Translations under genes and position numbers: made by a program | Origin: Candidatus Culexmicrobium cathedralense | GTDB lineage: Archaea > Thermoproteota > Methanomethylicia > Culexarchaeales > Culexmicrobiaceae | Assembly (NCBI GenBank): GCA_025061115.1 | Contig: JANZKC010000002.1 | Span: 128,001-192,000 of the forward strand | Length of the DNA: 64,000 bases | Reading direction: 5' to 3' | In this document: in pieces, positions 16,533 through 26,922 of the stretch | Position numbering within the stretch: the first letter of the stretch is position 1 | Layout of the letters: every line of letters starts with the position of its first letter | Notes under the pieces: model-generated | The model's input: the letters and a program-made list of their open reading frames with translations, nothing else | Database searches by the model: none | Told to the model about the DNA's origin: nothing

Positions 16533-19352
16533 ATGAATGCATTCGACATATTGTGCGACAAGTTGAGAACAGCACTATCCAAATACGGATATGTAAAGCC
16601 AACAGAAACTCAGGAGAAGAGCATTCCAATCATACTTTTAAATAAGAATGTACTTCTAATTGCGCCAACAGGTTCAGGAAAAACCGAAGCAGCGCTATTC
16701 CCAATTATGAGCAAAATAATTGAAGAGAACCTAAAAGGCGGCATAAGAGCACTATACATCACTCCGCTTAGAGCTCTTAATAGAGATGTGTTTAGGAGAA
16801 TGTCCGAAATTGCAAGCGAAGTTGGAGTTAAATTAGATGTAAGACATGGAGACACGCCGCAGAGAATTAGGAAAATGCAAGCGCTAAAACCTCCTCAAAT
16901 TCTAATAACCACACCTGAAACGCTCCAAGCAATACTTCCAGGCAGAATTATGAGGGAGCACTTGAAGAACGTCAGGTGGGTCGTAGTTGACGAAATCCAC
17001 GAACTAGCCTCAGACAAGCGCGGCGCGCAGCTTTCGCTTGCCCTCGAAAGACTCCGAGAACTAGTAGGTAAGGAATTTCAGAGAATAGGATTATCAGCAA
17101 CTGTAGGCAGCCCAAGAAAAGTAGCTGCGTTTCTAGCTGGATCGAAGAGAGAAATTGAAGTAGTAAACGTCTTAACCCGCAAGCAATTCCAAATAATCGT
17201 TGACGTAGTTGAAGAAAAAAGTGACGATGAAAAGTTAGCTCATGAACTGGAAGCTCCAAAGCAGGTTGCTTCCAAGCTAAAGTACATCATTGAATTAGCT
17301 GGCAAGTATAACTCAATCCTAGTATTCACTAACACTAGGGAGATGGCTGAAGCTTTAGCTTCAAGGCTTAGAATGCTTAAACCTCCATTCGAAATTAGAG
17401 TGCATCACGGCTCACTATCCAAGGAGGAGAGGGTTGAAGCTGAAGAAAAGTTCAAGAAAGGCGAAGTAAAAATCCTAGTTTGCACTTCATCACTCGAGTT
17501 AGGCTTAGATATTGGATTAGTTGATTTCGTAATACAATACATGTCTCCGAGGCAAGCAACCAATCTACTTCAAAGAGTGGGAAGAGCTGGACATAAGCTC
17601 TGGGAAGTATCAAATGGATTAATTCTCGCCTCAAATGCTGATGACATCTTGGAGTCGGCAGTGCTAGCTAAAAGAGCCATAAATAGAGAATTAGAGGAAA
17701 TTGAAATTCACGAAAACGCTCTGGACGTGTTAGCTCACCAGCTAGTAGGCCTCCTCCTCGATAGGAGAGTAATCGAACTCAACTATGCACTCAAAGTCTT
17801 CCGCCGAGCATATCCCTACAGGAAGCTGACGATAAGTTACCTTCAAAGCGTAGCTTCCCTACTAGCCGAAATTGGAATTATAAGATATGAAGCAGTAGGC
17901 GATGGAATTATAAGAATTAAGAGGGGAAGGACATGGAAGTACTACTACGAGAACCTATCAGTAATACCAGATGTCAAGAGATTCACCGTAATTGACGTAG
18001 CGTCTAGAAAGCCTGTGGGCACGCTGGATGAGGAATTCATAGCAATTCATGGCAGGGAAAATGAGCCATTCATACTTGCAGGTAGAACGTGGAAGATAGT
18101 TAAGATATCCGAGGAAGATCTGAAAGTTTTCGTTGAACAATATGAAGACGAGCTTGGAGCAATACCAGCATGGATTGGCGAGCTAATTCCAGTTCCATTT
18201 GAAGTTGCACTTGAAGTAGGAAGAATTAGAGAACTAATAGCAAGTGGAAAAATAGCGGCTCAAAACTACCCATTAACCAAGAGAGCTTTGAGAAAAGCCG
18301 CAAGAGAGTTGAAGGAACACGTAGCGTGCGGAGTTCCACTTCCAACCGACAAAGTAATGGTCATCGAGGGGCTAGGCAACATAATAGTTGTACACGCCTG
18401 CCTCGGAACTAAAGCCAACAGGACGCTGGCAAGGCTACTGGCACATGAAATTTCAAAAAGATTAAGAGCAAGCATCAGATTGGTAAGCGACGCATACAGA
18501 ATCATGCTAATGCTTCCAAAGCCAGTTAATGCCGAGTCAATAAAGAAATTGATAATTGAACTGCCAAAGGCAACTGAAGAACTTGCCGAAGCAGTAAAGG
18601 CCAGCGACGTTTATAAGTGGAAGCTATATCACGTCGCGAAAAGATTCGGCATAATATCGAGGGAAGCCCCACTCAGCAAAATAGGTAGAGCCCTCCCCCT
18701 ACTAGAAGGCACGGCAGCAGATGTAGAAGCAATGAGAGAAGCATTACAAGACTACTTCAATATTAAAGCCTTAAAACGCTACTTTGAGAAAATAGCAAGA
18801 GGAGAAGTTAAAATTGAAGTTTACAGCGGATCAATAAAGGAAGGAGTATCCACGCTCGCATACCAAATACTAAGCTCAACACTTCCATACGACCTAATGC
18901 CCCCTAAAAAGGCTCTTGCAACCCTAGCTGAAGTAATGAAGGCAAGACTACTAGAAAAGGAGGTCATGCTAATTTGCCTACACTGCGCAGATTGGCAAAC
19001 AATTAGGAAAATCAAGTATATACCTAGCGAAATTAGATGTCCAAAATGCGGAGCTAAAGCAGTAGGTATAGCTCATCCAAGCCAAAGGAACCTGATAAAG
19101 ATAATTAGAAGGTGGAAGAAGGGATTAAAGCTCAAGTATCGCGAAATGGATGAAATTGAGAAGTTCAGAAGGACAGTGGGGCTAATAATGACTTATGGAA
19201 AGAAGGCAATAATAGCAATGTCCGCTAGGGGAATAGGCCCAACAGTTGCGGCTAGAATATTGAGGAAGTACCATGAGGATGAGGAGGACTTCTACCTAGA
19301 TATACTTGAAGCTGAAAAACAGTACATAAGAACAAGGCCGTACTGGGAGTAA
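16533..19352 (+). CDS. lhr: Lhr-family DEAD/DEAH helicase with C-terminal Zn finger
   Basis: APTGSGKT, TPLRAL, DEIH, LSAT, HHGSLS, QRVGRAGH; C-terminal CLHC..CPKC and RGIGP. Confidence 0.93.
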   Translation: MNAFDILCDKLRTALSKYGYVKPTETQEKSIPIILLNKNVLLIAPTGSGKTEAALFPIMSKIIEENLKGGIRALYITPLRALNRDVFRRMSEIASEVGVKLDVRHGDTPQRIRKMQALKPPQILITTPETLQAILPGRIMREHLKNVRWVVVDEIHELASDKRGAQLSLALERLRELVGKEFQRIGLSATVGSPRKVAAFLAGSKREIEVVNVLTRKQFQIIVDVVEEKSDDEKLAHELEAPKQVASKLKYIIELAGKYNSILVFTNTREMAEALASRLRMLKPPFEIRVHHGSLSKEERVEAEEKFKKGEVKILVCTSSLELGLDIGLVDFVIQYMSPRQATNLLQRVGRAGHKLWEVSNGLILASNADDILESAVLAKRAINRELEEIEIHENALDVLAHQLVGLLLDRRVIELNYALKVFRRAYPYRKLTISYLQSVASLLAEIGIIRYEAVGDGIIRIKRGRTWKYYYENLSVIPDVKRFTVIDVASRKPVGTLDEEFIAIHGRENEPFILAGRTWKIVKISEEDLKVFVEQYEDELGAIPAWIGELIPVPFEVALEVGRIRELIASGKIAAQNYPLTKRALRKAARELKEHVACGVPLPTDKVMVIEGLGNIIVVHACLGTKANRTLARLLAHEISKRLRASIRLVSDAYRIMLMLPKPVNAESIKKLIIELPKATEELAEAVKASDVYKWKLYHVAKRFGIISREAPLSKIGRALPLLEGTAADVEAMREALQDYFNIKALKRYFEKIARGEVKIEVYSGSIKEGVSTLAYQILSSTLPYDLMPPKKALATLAEVMKARLLEKEVMLICLHCADWQTIRKIKYIPSEIRCPKCGAKAVGIAHPSQRNLIKIIRRWKKGLKLKYREMDEIEKFRRTVGLIMTYGKKAIIAMSARGIGPTVAARILRKYHEDEEDFYLDILEAEKQYIRTRPYWE

Positions 19353-19394
19353 TATAAATTACAACGCCAAATCACTAATAGTTGAGGGGCAAGC

Positions 19395-19916
19395 ATGATA
19401 ATACCTGGATTAGAGCTCATCAAACTCAAAGTCATCAACAACCTGATTTCGGAGAAGCATCAAATTCAGCCAGCAGGAGTCGAACTAACATTAAAAGATG
19501 TAGAGGAATTCGAAGATGCAGGCTACATAGACTTAACAAATGCCAAGAGAAAAGTTTCAACCTGCAGAAAGCTGAGCTTCGATGAAGAGGGCAAAATCCA
19601 CTTGAGCCAAGGAGCATACAAGGTTCGCTTCAACGAAGTTATATGCGTCCCAGAAGACATGGTTGGAATCGGACTGCCCAGATCCTCACTCCTAAGAAGC
19701 GGAGCCACAATCCTATCAGCAGTGTGGGATCCAGGATATAAAGGTAGAAGCGAAAGCTTGCTAGTAGTATTCAACCCTAAGGGAATAATTCTCGAAAGAA
19801 ACGCTAGGCTAATGCAAATGATATTCATAAAGCTCTCAAGAAGACCGCACAAACTATACTCTGGAATTTATTTAGGAGAAAATGTTGAGGAGAAAAAAAT
19901 TAGAAGCCTATCTTAG
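19395..19916 (+). CDS. dut: dUTP diphosphatase / dCTP deaminase family
   Basis: QPAGVELTL, PRSSLLRSG, WDPGYKG, YSGIY. Confidence 0.85.
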   Translation: MIIPGLELIKLKVINNLISEKHQIQPAGVELTLKDVEEFEDAGYIDLTNAKRKVSTCRKLSFDEEGKIHLSQGAYKVRFNEVICVPEDMVGIGLPRSSLLRSGATILSAVWDPGYKGRSESLLVVFNPKGIILERNARLMQMIFIKLSRRPHKLYSGIYLGENVEEKKIRSLS

Positions 19917-20517
19917 GATACACTACCTCCCTCAACCGCCTCTCTATTTCACCACGCATCTTCTCGTAGAAGTTCTCACCAGTCGAGTCAATCGTGACCA
20001 TTAGGGGCCCAAACTCCTCAACCTCAATGACCCACATTGCTTCGGGCACGCCCAAGTCAAGCCACTTCACATCGACGACCCGCTTCATAGCTCTACTAGC
20101 AAGCACAGCAGCACCACCAGTAAATATGGCATAGACAGCTCCAAACTTCTTGCACGCCTCAGCAGTTCTAGAGCCCATTCCACCCTTACCAATAACCATT
20201 CTAACCCCAGTTTTCTCAATGAAGTCAGCTTCATAAGCCTCCAGCCTAGCACTGGTCGTAGGGCCGGCTGCAACAATCTCCCACTCGCCATCCCTCTTCC
20301 TAACAACTGGGCCGCAGTGATAAACCGCCAAACCCCTCAAATCCACAGGTAAACTTTCACCTCTTTCAAGGAGAGCCAACGCCCTCGAATGCCCAGAATC
20401 CCTAGCAGTGACAATTATCCCAGATAAGTAGACTATATCTCCAACTCTAAGCTTCCTAACCTCACTTTCGCTAATTGGAGTTTTCAAGTGATATTCAGTC
20501 AATCTCCTCACCTCCAC
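19900..20517 (-). CDS. Fe-S hydro-lyase beta subunit (fumarate hydratase / tartrate dehydratase)
   Basis: TARD, YHCGPV, AGPTTSARL, IGKGGM, LGVPEAMW. Confidence 0.92.
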   Translation of the reverse strand: MEVRRLTEYHLKTPISESEVRKLRVGDIVYLSGIIVTARDSGHSRALALLERGESLPVDLRGLAVYHCGPVVRKRDGEWEIVAAGPTTSARLEAYEADFIEKTGVRMVIGKGGMGSRTAEACKKFGAVYAIFTGGAAVLASRAMKRVVDVKWLDLGVPEAMWVIEVEEFGPLMVTIDSTGENFYEKMRGEIERRLREVVYPKIGF

Positions 20518-21425
20518 AACTCATTTAAAATTCTATGAGTTATGAACTCAACACTTCCATCGGCGTAAATCTTCATCTTCGACCTCCTAGCAGCCCAGCA
20601 GTTGAACGCTAAACCAGCAGCAAAAGTTGCAGGATGCCTACATGCATAGTCAACATTAACAGTTAAAGCAGTGGTTTTACCTCCAACTCCATGAGGCCCA
20701 ATGCCCAGGGAGTTTACAAGCTCCAACAACTCCTCCTCAAGCTTGGCAATCTCAGGAATTTCACTACGCACACCCACAGGCCTAAGCAGCGCCTTCTTAG
20801 CAAGCTTCATTGCAATGTCAATTGTCCCACCAATTCCAAGCCCAATTAAAACTGGCGGGCAAGGCTTAGCTGCAGCTTGAGCCACAGCATCTACAACAAA
20901 CTTCTTAACGTACTTGATGCCCTGAGCAGGCGAGAAAACCTTAGCAGCACATGGAGCTTCACTACCGCCACCCTTTGGAAAGGCAGTAATCTCCAAAACA
21001 TCGCTGTCGGGAATTACTTCCCATTCAATCCATGGAATATAGCGGCCAGTATTATCTCCACTATTCCGCTTAGTAATGATGTCAACTGCATTTGGCCTGA
21101 GAGGAACTTCACTTGTAGCTTTGACAACTGCTCCCTTCAGAATTTCTGGAAGCTTACCTTTAATTGGAAACTTATCTCCAACAGATATGTAGAATATGAT
21201 GAGGCCGGTGTCCTGGCATATGGGCTTCCCTTCTTTCTCAGCTAATTCGCAGTTCTTCAGAATAGCTTCGAACTGAGCTTTTGCAAGTGGATTGTTCTCA
21301 GCCTCCTTGGCTCTAATTAGCGCATTCTTCACATCTGGAGGCAAAATGGTCGTTGCAGCCTTCAACAGCATTATCGAAGCTCTCTCTATGACCTGATGCA
21401 GGTCAGAGGACATGGAAAACACCAC
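20508..21425 (-). CDS. Fe-S hydro-lyase alpha subunit (fumarate hydratase / tartrate dehydratase)
   Basis: PICQDTG, PKGGGSE, PCPP, GIGPHGVGG, RHPA, CWAARR. Confidence 0.92.
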   Translation of the reverse strand: MVFSMSSDLHQVIERASIMLLKAATTILPPDVKNALIRAKEAENNPLAKAQFEAILKNCELAEKEGKPICQDTGLIIFYISVGDKFPIKGKLPEILKGAVVKATSEVPLRPNAVDIITKRNSGDNTGRYIPWIEWEVIPDSDVLEITAFPKGGGSEAPCAAKVFSPAQGIKYVKKFVVDAVAQAAAKPCPPVLIGLGIGGTIDIAMKLAKKALLRPVGVRSEIPEIAKLEEELLELVNSLGIGPHGVGGKTTALTVNVDYACRHPATFAAGLAFNCWAARRSKMKIYADGSVEFITHRILNELWR

Positions 21426-21456
21426 TATGAAGTTACAAGCTTGTAACTAGATAAAA

Positions 21457-21918
21457 TTACTGGTTAGATGAATGTGCGCCTCGCTTGACCTCATGCACCC
21501 AATACTCCCCGCTATCCGTCACTTCCTTCTTCCATATTGGAGCCTCGGACTTAACTTTATTGATTATCTCTTGAACAGCGTTAAGGCCTTCAGCCCTGTG
21601 CTTAGCTGCAACACCGACAATAAGAGTCTCCTCTCCAACCCCAATTTCGCCCAAAGCATGATGAACATATGCTGCAAAAACATTTTCACCATCAACTACG
21701 CTTTTACAGATCTCCTTAATTTTCTCGACTGCCAAGCCGCCGTAAGACTCGTAATGCAAGCATCGGACTCTCCCTCCCCTCAAACCCTCCTCCCGCACAA
21801 ACCCAATAAATAGCAGTACACAGCCAACATTTCTTGAAGAAGACTTCAGCTTATGCACAATTTCACCTAAATCCTCCCTGCACTTACCTCCAACGCTAAC
21901 CTCGATCAAATCCATCAC
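21457..21918 (-). CDS. moaE: Molybdopterin synthase large subunit
   Basis: FIGFVR, LHYESY, H..G.I.VGE, KHRAE, APIWKKE. Confidence 0.9.
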   Translation of the reverse strand: MMDLIEVSVGGKCREDLGEIVHKLKSSSRNVGCVLLFIGFVREEGLRGGRVRCLHYESYGGLAVEKIKEICKSVVDGENVFAAYVHHALGEIGVGEETLIVGVAAKHRAEGLNAVQEIINKVKSEAPIWKKEVTDSGEYWVHEVKRGAHSSNQ

Positions 21919-21980
21919 CCAGCCTACACGTAAGATTTAAAGTTACTTCCAAATTTAAATGGCGTTGGAGCCTGAGGCAA

Positions 21981-22436
21981 ATGAGAAGAGGGCACAACTA
22001 CGTGGGCTGGAGAGAAGCCAAGAGATGGAGATGCGTAAGATGTGGACGATGCTGCAAAGCATATGCCGTTCCACTCAAGTTCGTAGAGGCACTCCAACTG
22101 ACAAGGAAGTATGGTCCAGTGGCAATCCAAGCAGGGGGAAAGTACTACTTAATGAAGAAGCCAGACGACTCATGCATATTCCTAACTTATAATGGGCCGG
22201 TAGCTTACTGCAAAATTTACCTTGAAAGGCCTGGATGCTGCAAATTATACCCATTTCACGTAGCTAGGAAACCATTGCAAGGCATTGATCCATCAAGCTC
22301 AGAGGTTAAAATTGGAGGAAAAGTAATTCACGTCTACGTAGATGCCTCATGCCCAGGAGTTGGAGTAGGTTTTCAAATTAAAAATTTAATTCCTAAAGTT
22401 GTAGAGTTGTGGTCCAGATATAACAGAATGATTTAA
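21981..22436 (+). CDS. YkgJ-family cysteine cluster protein
   Basis: CVRCGRCC...CIFL...CKIYLERPGCCKLYPF...CPGVG. Confidence 0.88.
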   Translation: MRRGHNYVGWREAKRWRCVRCGRCCKAYAVPLKFVEALQLTRKYGPVAIQAGGKYYLMKKPDDSCIFLTYNGPVAYCKIYLERPGCCKLYPFHVARKPLQGIDPSSSEVKIGGKVIHVYVDASCPGVGVGFQIKNLIPKVVELWSRYNRMI

Positions 22437-23032
22437 ACCCTCCTGGTAAAGCATTCCAAAAATCGCTGCATAAATGATGGCTTCAACATCACCTTTAAAG
22501 AGCTAATTAACTTGTCAACTTCAATTTTGCTCTCAATCTTAGCTATAACTTCAGCGGCATTTAAATCTCCATATACAGCTAAGCTATAAGCGTATTTTCC
22601 CAGTGAAACACTACACCTAAATGAATTCGCATCTCCACCCATTATGAAACCGCTGCACTTGAAGCGCTTCACCACTCTACCAATTCGAGAAACATCCCCA
22701 CTCGACAAGCCGTCAATTCTCATAATTAAATTGCATAACAATGCGCCTTCGAGAACTGCATTTAGCAGCTTTCTAACATCATCCAAGCTCTTAACATTAG
22801 TAAACATGAATTGGGAAATAACTCTATTCAAGGAATAATCTGCAATAATCCTTAGGCCAGAAATTTCGCCCTGCCTAAACCTAACCAAATTTCCACTTTC
22901 ACCAATGAAGCTCCAGCTCCTCCTTAGATTAGCTTTAAACTCATCCTCATAATACTTCAAGTCCGACCTATCGAAACCATGAAAGCACTTAACTCTACCC
23001 GAAAACTCAAGAATGCCCAAGTAGCTCACCAC
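22433..23032 (-). CDS. Hypothetical protein
   Basis: 199-aa ORF filling the gap between recognised genes; no motif recognised. Confidence 0.6.
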   Translation of the reverse strand: MVSYLGILEFSGRVKCFHGFDRSDLKYYEDEFKANLRRSWSFIGESGNLVRFRQGEISGLRIIADYSLNRVISQFMFTNVKSLDDVRKLLNAVLEGALLCNLIMRIDGLSSGDVSRIGRVVKRFKCSGFIMGGDANSFRCSVSLGKYAYSLAVYGDLNAAEVIAKIESKIEVDKLISSLKVMLKPSFMQRFLECFTRRV

Positions 23033-23159
23033 GCTCTATTAGGAGGAGCACAAGAAAAATATTGCTAGCCCACAAATTATCAAGTTTTAGAGAATATCAC
23101 AAAACAAACATAAACTTGTAAAACACTTATTACGACAGGAACGGCTGAGGCGCATAAGA

Positions 23160-24743
23160 GTGGAGTGGAAGAAATTAGCAGAGGAAAAGGAAGAAGGAAA
23201 TGTAGAGTACAAGTTGAAGATAGTTAGTCCAGATGAGGACAGGCTTGAAAGATTAGCCACTCAAATGCGATATAGACTTCGTGAAGGTGGAGGAGAAGCA
23301 ATCTACGAGCTGGGAGTATCGGATGACGGCCGCCTCATAGGCCTAAGCGATTACGAGCTCAAAGAATCTTTAAAGTGGCTAAGAAAGGCGGCAAAGAAAA
23401 TTGGAGCAAAAATAACCATATTAAGGGAAGGTAGAGGTAGAAGGGGAAAGGTCGTAGAACTGCTAGTCCGAATGGTTAGAGAGGACTTCCCAATATACGT
23501 AATGGTGCCAGTTCTCGGAAATGTCGACAGCGGCAAATCCACAACAATTGGAGTTCTCTGCTCAGGAGAACTGGATAATGGAAGCGGCTCTGCCAGAAGC
23601 AAGGTCATGAGGTTCCTCCACGAACTCAAAACGGGAAGAACCTCCTCAATATCAAGCCACCTCCTGGGATTCAATGAAAAAGGAGAAGTAGTAAACTACG
23701 ACTTAGCCTCACCATTAAATGAAGCCGAAGTATTCCTAAACAGCTCCAAAGTCATATGCTTCGTAGATCTAGGAGGACATGAAAGGTACTTGAGGACAAC
23801 TTTAAAGGGAGTTACGGGCAGAGCTCCAGACTACATCATGCTCTGCATAGCTGCCAACGCAGGGCTCATAGGAACTGCAAAGGAGCATTTGGGAATAGCA
23901 ACAGTACTTCGAATACCAGTCTTCATAGTTATAACTAAAATCGATATGGCACCAAGCGAAGTAACTGAAAGAGTCCTAAGCGAAGTTCAATACTTACTCA
24001 AAAGACCGGGAATAAGCAAAATACCGATAGTGGTTAATGAAATTGACGATGCAATTGTAGCAGCGAGAAACATGCCGAGCGGCAGAATTACGCCGATATT
24101 CCTAGTTTCAAATACAACAGGCGAAGGCTTGGATATGCTGAAAACCTTTCTAAACATATTGCCTCCAAGACTAAGGTGGGATGAAAAGCTGAATGAGCCA
24201 TTTAAAATGTATGTTGAAGAGAAATTTAACGTAAAGGGAGTCGGAACAGTCGTCAGCGGACTAGTACTTCAAGGTGAAGTAGAAGTTGACGACTACCTAC
24301 AGCTAGGGCCATTCAGAGATGGAAGCTTTAGACTAGTAAGAGTAAGATCAATTCACATTAATCGAGTCAATGTAGACAAGGCACATGCAGGTCAGGAAGC
24401 CTGCCTAGCTTTAAAAAACGTCGAATATGAAGAAGTGGAAAAGGGAATGTGCATTCTAGATAAAAGCATAGCTCCAAGAGCAATCAAGTCATTTAAAGCT
24501 AAAGTAACCATACTACACCACCCAACAACCATAAAAAGAGGATATCAAGCAGTCCTCCACCTATACACCATTAGGCAAGCAGTCAAATTCGCATGGCTCT
24601 CCAAGGAACCACTAAGAACTGGAGACACAGCGCATGTAGAGCTGGAATTCTGCTACAAGCCAGAGTACATATCTAGCGGAGATTGGTTCGTTTTTAGAGA
24701 GGGTAGAACAAGGGGCTTTGGAGTTGTTCTCGAAACAGCCTAG
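23160..24743 (+). CDS. Archaeal GTPBP1/2-family translational GTPase
   Basis: N-terminal EEGNVEYKLK domain, GNVDSGKST, DLGGHERYLRTT, TKID, EF-Tu-like domains II/III (HHPTTI..GY, FREGRTRG). Confidence 0.9.
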   Translation: MEWKKLAEEKEEGNVEYKLKIVSPDEDRLERLATQMRYRLREGGGEAIYELGVSDDGRLIGLSDYELKESLKWLRKAAKKIGAKITILREGRGRRGKVVELLVRMVREDFPIYVMVPVLGNVDSGKSTTIGVLCSGELDNGSGSARSKVMRFLHELKTGRTSSISSHLLGFNEKGEVVNYDLASPLNEAEVFLNSSKVICFVDLGGHERYLRTTLKGVTGRAPDYIMLCIAANAGLIGTAKEHLGIATVLRIPVFIVITKIDMAPSEVTERVLSEVQYLLKRPGISKIPIVVNEIDDAIVAARNMPSGRITPIFLVSNTTGEGLDMLKTFLNILPPRLRWDEKLNEPFKMYVEEKFNVKGVGTVVSGLVLQGEVEVDDYLQLGPFRDGSFRLVRVRSIHINRVNVDKAHAGQEACLALKNVEYEEVEKGMCILDKSIAPRAIKSFKAKVTILHHPTTIKRGYQAVLHLYTIRQAVKFAWLSKEPLRTGDTAHVELEFCYKPEYISSGDWFVFREGRTRGFGVVLETA

Positions 24744-25516
24744 CCCTCCAGCCAAGCCAAATCCCTGAAAAACTTAGCTGCCTCAGCAGGCTTCTCCGCA
24801 TTAAATATCGATCTTCCAATAATGAAATACTTAGAGCCAGCCTTAAGGCATGGCTCAATTCTGCCCCCCTGCACTCCCACTCCAGGAGAGAATATTGGAA
24901 CCTTATTCCTCAGCACCTCAGCTACAGCCTTAACTTTTTCAGGATAAGTTGCCCCAACCACAGCCCCATCAGCACCCCACCTCACAGCCCTCTCAGCAAA
25001 AATGACGTACAGAGGCTTATCTAAACCACTTTCAGGATCCCTTACTAGAAGCTCATAACTTTCAGGAGCAGCTTTATGAGAAGTGTACACTAGAAGAATC
25101 ACGCCTCTCCCTCCATACTCCTTCGCAACTTCAAATACTGGCTGAGCACCCTGCTCCCACCCAATAATAGGATTAATGATTATTGCATCGAAGCCAGCTT
25201 CAAAATAGTGCCTTGTAGCCCAAGCATTAGTATGCCCCACATCGCTGAGCTTGCAGTCAATAATTACAGGTAAACCCAAACTGTGAGCTTCATCAACAAC
25301 CTCCTTAACGCCAAAGTATAGACCTAAAGGCAGTAGGAGCTGCATGTTGATCTTAACGGCACAGATGTATTGGTTAACTTCACGTAAAACCTTTAGAGCT
25401 CGCTTCTTCAAAGCCTCCCGACCCAAATCCTTTGGCAAAGCCGACAAATCCAAAGCCAAAACTATTCTGCTCTTCCTTTCCTCAGAGGCCTTTTCAATTA
25501 AATACCTAAATGCCAA
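24740..25516 (-). CDS. pyrF: Orotidine-5'-phosphate decarboxylase
   Basis: LALD, DCKLSDVGHTN, VVGAT.P, SPGVGVQGG, IIGRSI. Confidence 0.93.
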   Translation of the reverse strand: MAFRYLIEKASEERKSRIVLALDLSALPKDLGREALKKRALKVLREVNQYICAVKINMQLLLPLGLYFGVKEVVDEAHSLGLPVIIDCKLSDVGHTNAWATRHYFEAGFDAIIINPIIGWEQGAQPVFEVAKEYGGRGVILLVYTSHKAAPESYELLVRDPESGLDKPLYVIFAERAVRWGADGAVVGATYPEKVKAVAEVLRNKVPIFSPGVGVQGGRIEPCLKAGSKYFIIGRSIFNAEKPAEAAKFFRDLAWLEG

Positions 25517-25734
25517 TTAAACCACCCCATCACTCCCATAATCACTGAACAAATAGCTATTTATAATTAACCATAAAGCACAGAATCCAACGTAAAAATG
25601 AAAACATGTTAAATGCACTTAATAGCCTAAAACGAACCAAATTAATCACTACAAAAATCAAATTCAAACACATTCCAAGCCTGCTCATAAGCAAATTAGG
25701 TAAAGTTTAAGGCTGAGATTCCCACAAATAGTTT

Positions 25735-25797
25735 GGGCGATGAAGAAGGCTGGTATTTCCAAGAAGCTCAATGAAGAGTGACACCAAAGCTGAGCCC
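25735..25797 (+). ncRNA. C/D box methylation guide sRNA (predicted 16S rRNA helix 18 targets)
   Basis: GGGC/GCCC terminal stem, C box ATGAAGA (25740), degenerate D', C' ATGAAGA (25771), 12-nt guide, D box CTGA (25790). AAAGTTTAAGG BRE/TATA ~25 nt upstream. Confidence 0.85.
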
Positions 25798-25889
25798 GCA
25801 TCCATTACTCTAAAACTGATCGAATGTATTCGCTTAATTTTTAAATGCCAATTTAAAGAGTTGTGTCCAGCACTCTTGGAGGATTAAAT

Positions 25890-26564
25890 ATGATAAGCGT
25901 GACAATTAGCGATGAAGTTAAAGCTGAATTCAAAGAATTAAGCCTCGGCATCGCAATAGTAGAGGACGTAAAGGTAAAAACTAAATGTGAGGATCTATCA
26001 GCTAAAATTAAGGAAATTGAAGATAAAGTTAGAAGTAACTTTAGGCTTGAAGACCTAAAGGACCTACCCATCATAAGGGCCTATAGGGATTTTTATTGGA
26101 AAATCAAGATAGACCCAACCAAGCAAAGACCTTCAGCGGAAGCTTTAATCAGGAGAATTTTGCGCGGCAGAAGCATACCGAAAATAAACTGCGCTGTCGA
26201 CGCCTACAACTTAATTTCAATTTTAACCCACATTTCAATTGGAGCTTACGATCTGGATAAAATTGCCGGCCCATTAACCCTAAGGTGGTCCAGGGATGAA
26301 GAAAAGTTTAAGGGCATAGGTGAAGAAGAGAAACAAATAAAGAGGCAGCTAGTCATCGCAGATTCTGAAAAAATAATCAACCTATACCCGCACAGAGACT
26401 CCGACTTCACCAAGATAACTAAGGAAACTAAGCGAATACTTATCATAGCATGTGGCGCTCCAAGAATACCATCAAACCTAGTTTTGGAAGCAGCTGAAAA
26501 GGCTGCTAAAAGCATAGTCGAGTTCTGCGGAGGAAAAATCGTAAAATGCTGGCTCGTCAAATAA
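25890..26564 (+). CDS. B3/B4 domain protein (PheRS beta editing-like)
   Basis: RAYRDFYWKIKIDPTKQRPSAEALIRR, IN..VDAYN, GAYDLD; GGAGG RBS. Confidence 0.9.
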   Translation: MISVTISDEVKAEFKELSLGIAIVEDVKVKTKCEDLSAKIKEIEDKVRSNFRLEDLKDLPIIRAYRDFYWKIKIDPTKQRPSAEALIRRILRGRSIPKINCAVDAYNLISILTHISIGAYDLDKIAGPLTLRWSRDEEKFKGIGEEEKQIKRQLVIADSEKIINLYPHRDSDFTKITKETKRILIIACGAPRIPSNLVLEAAEKAAKSIVEFCGGKIVKCWLVK

Positions 26565-26700
26565 AGCCCACTTAAAAACACCAATATGCAATTTGATAGT
26601 GCAGGAAACTTGAAATCATATGGTTAATTTTCACTTGAAGATTCTAAGAGATCAATTTAATTACCCATATAACAATTTATGTTATAGGCTGGTGGCTGAT

Positions 26701-26922
26701 TTGAGTAAGCGTAATAAAAGTGAAGCTCCTGAACCCCCACTAACACCAGTTGAACCACTACTCTACGAACCTCATTGGACTGGAGATGTGCTGAAACTTC
26801 TCATGCATGCAATTAGGAGATTGAATGAACTTAATAAGAAGATTAATGAAATTTCTAATAAAATAGATAATTTAACAGTTAAAATTGAAGAAATTTCTAA
26901 AATGTTGGAGAAATCCTCTTAA
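26701..26922 (+). CDS. Small hypothetical coiled-coil protein
   Basis: GGTGG RBS before TTG 26701; Pro-rich N-terminus followed by heptads. Confidence 0.55.
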   Translation: MSKRNKSEAPEPPLTPVEPLLYEPHWTGDVLKLLMHAIRRLNELNKKINEISNKIDNLTVKIEEISKMLEKSS

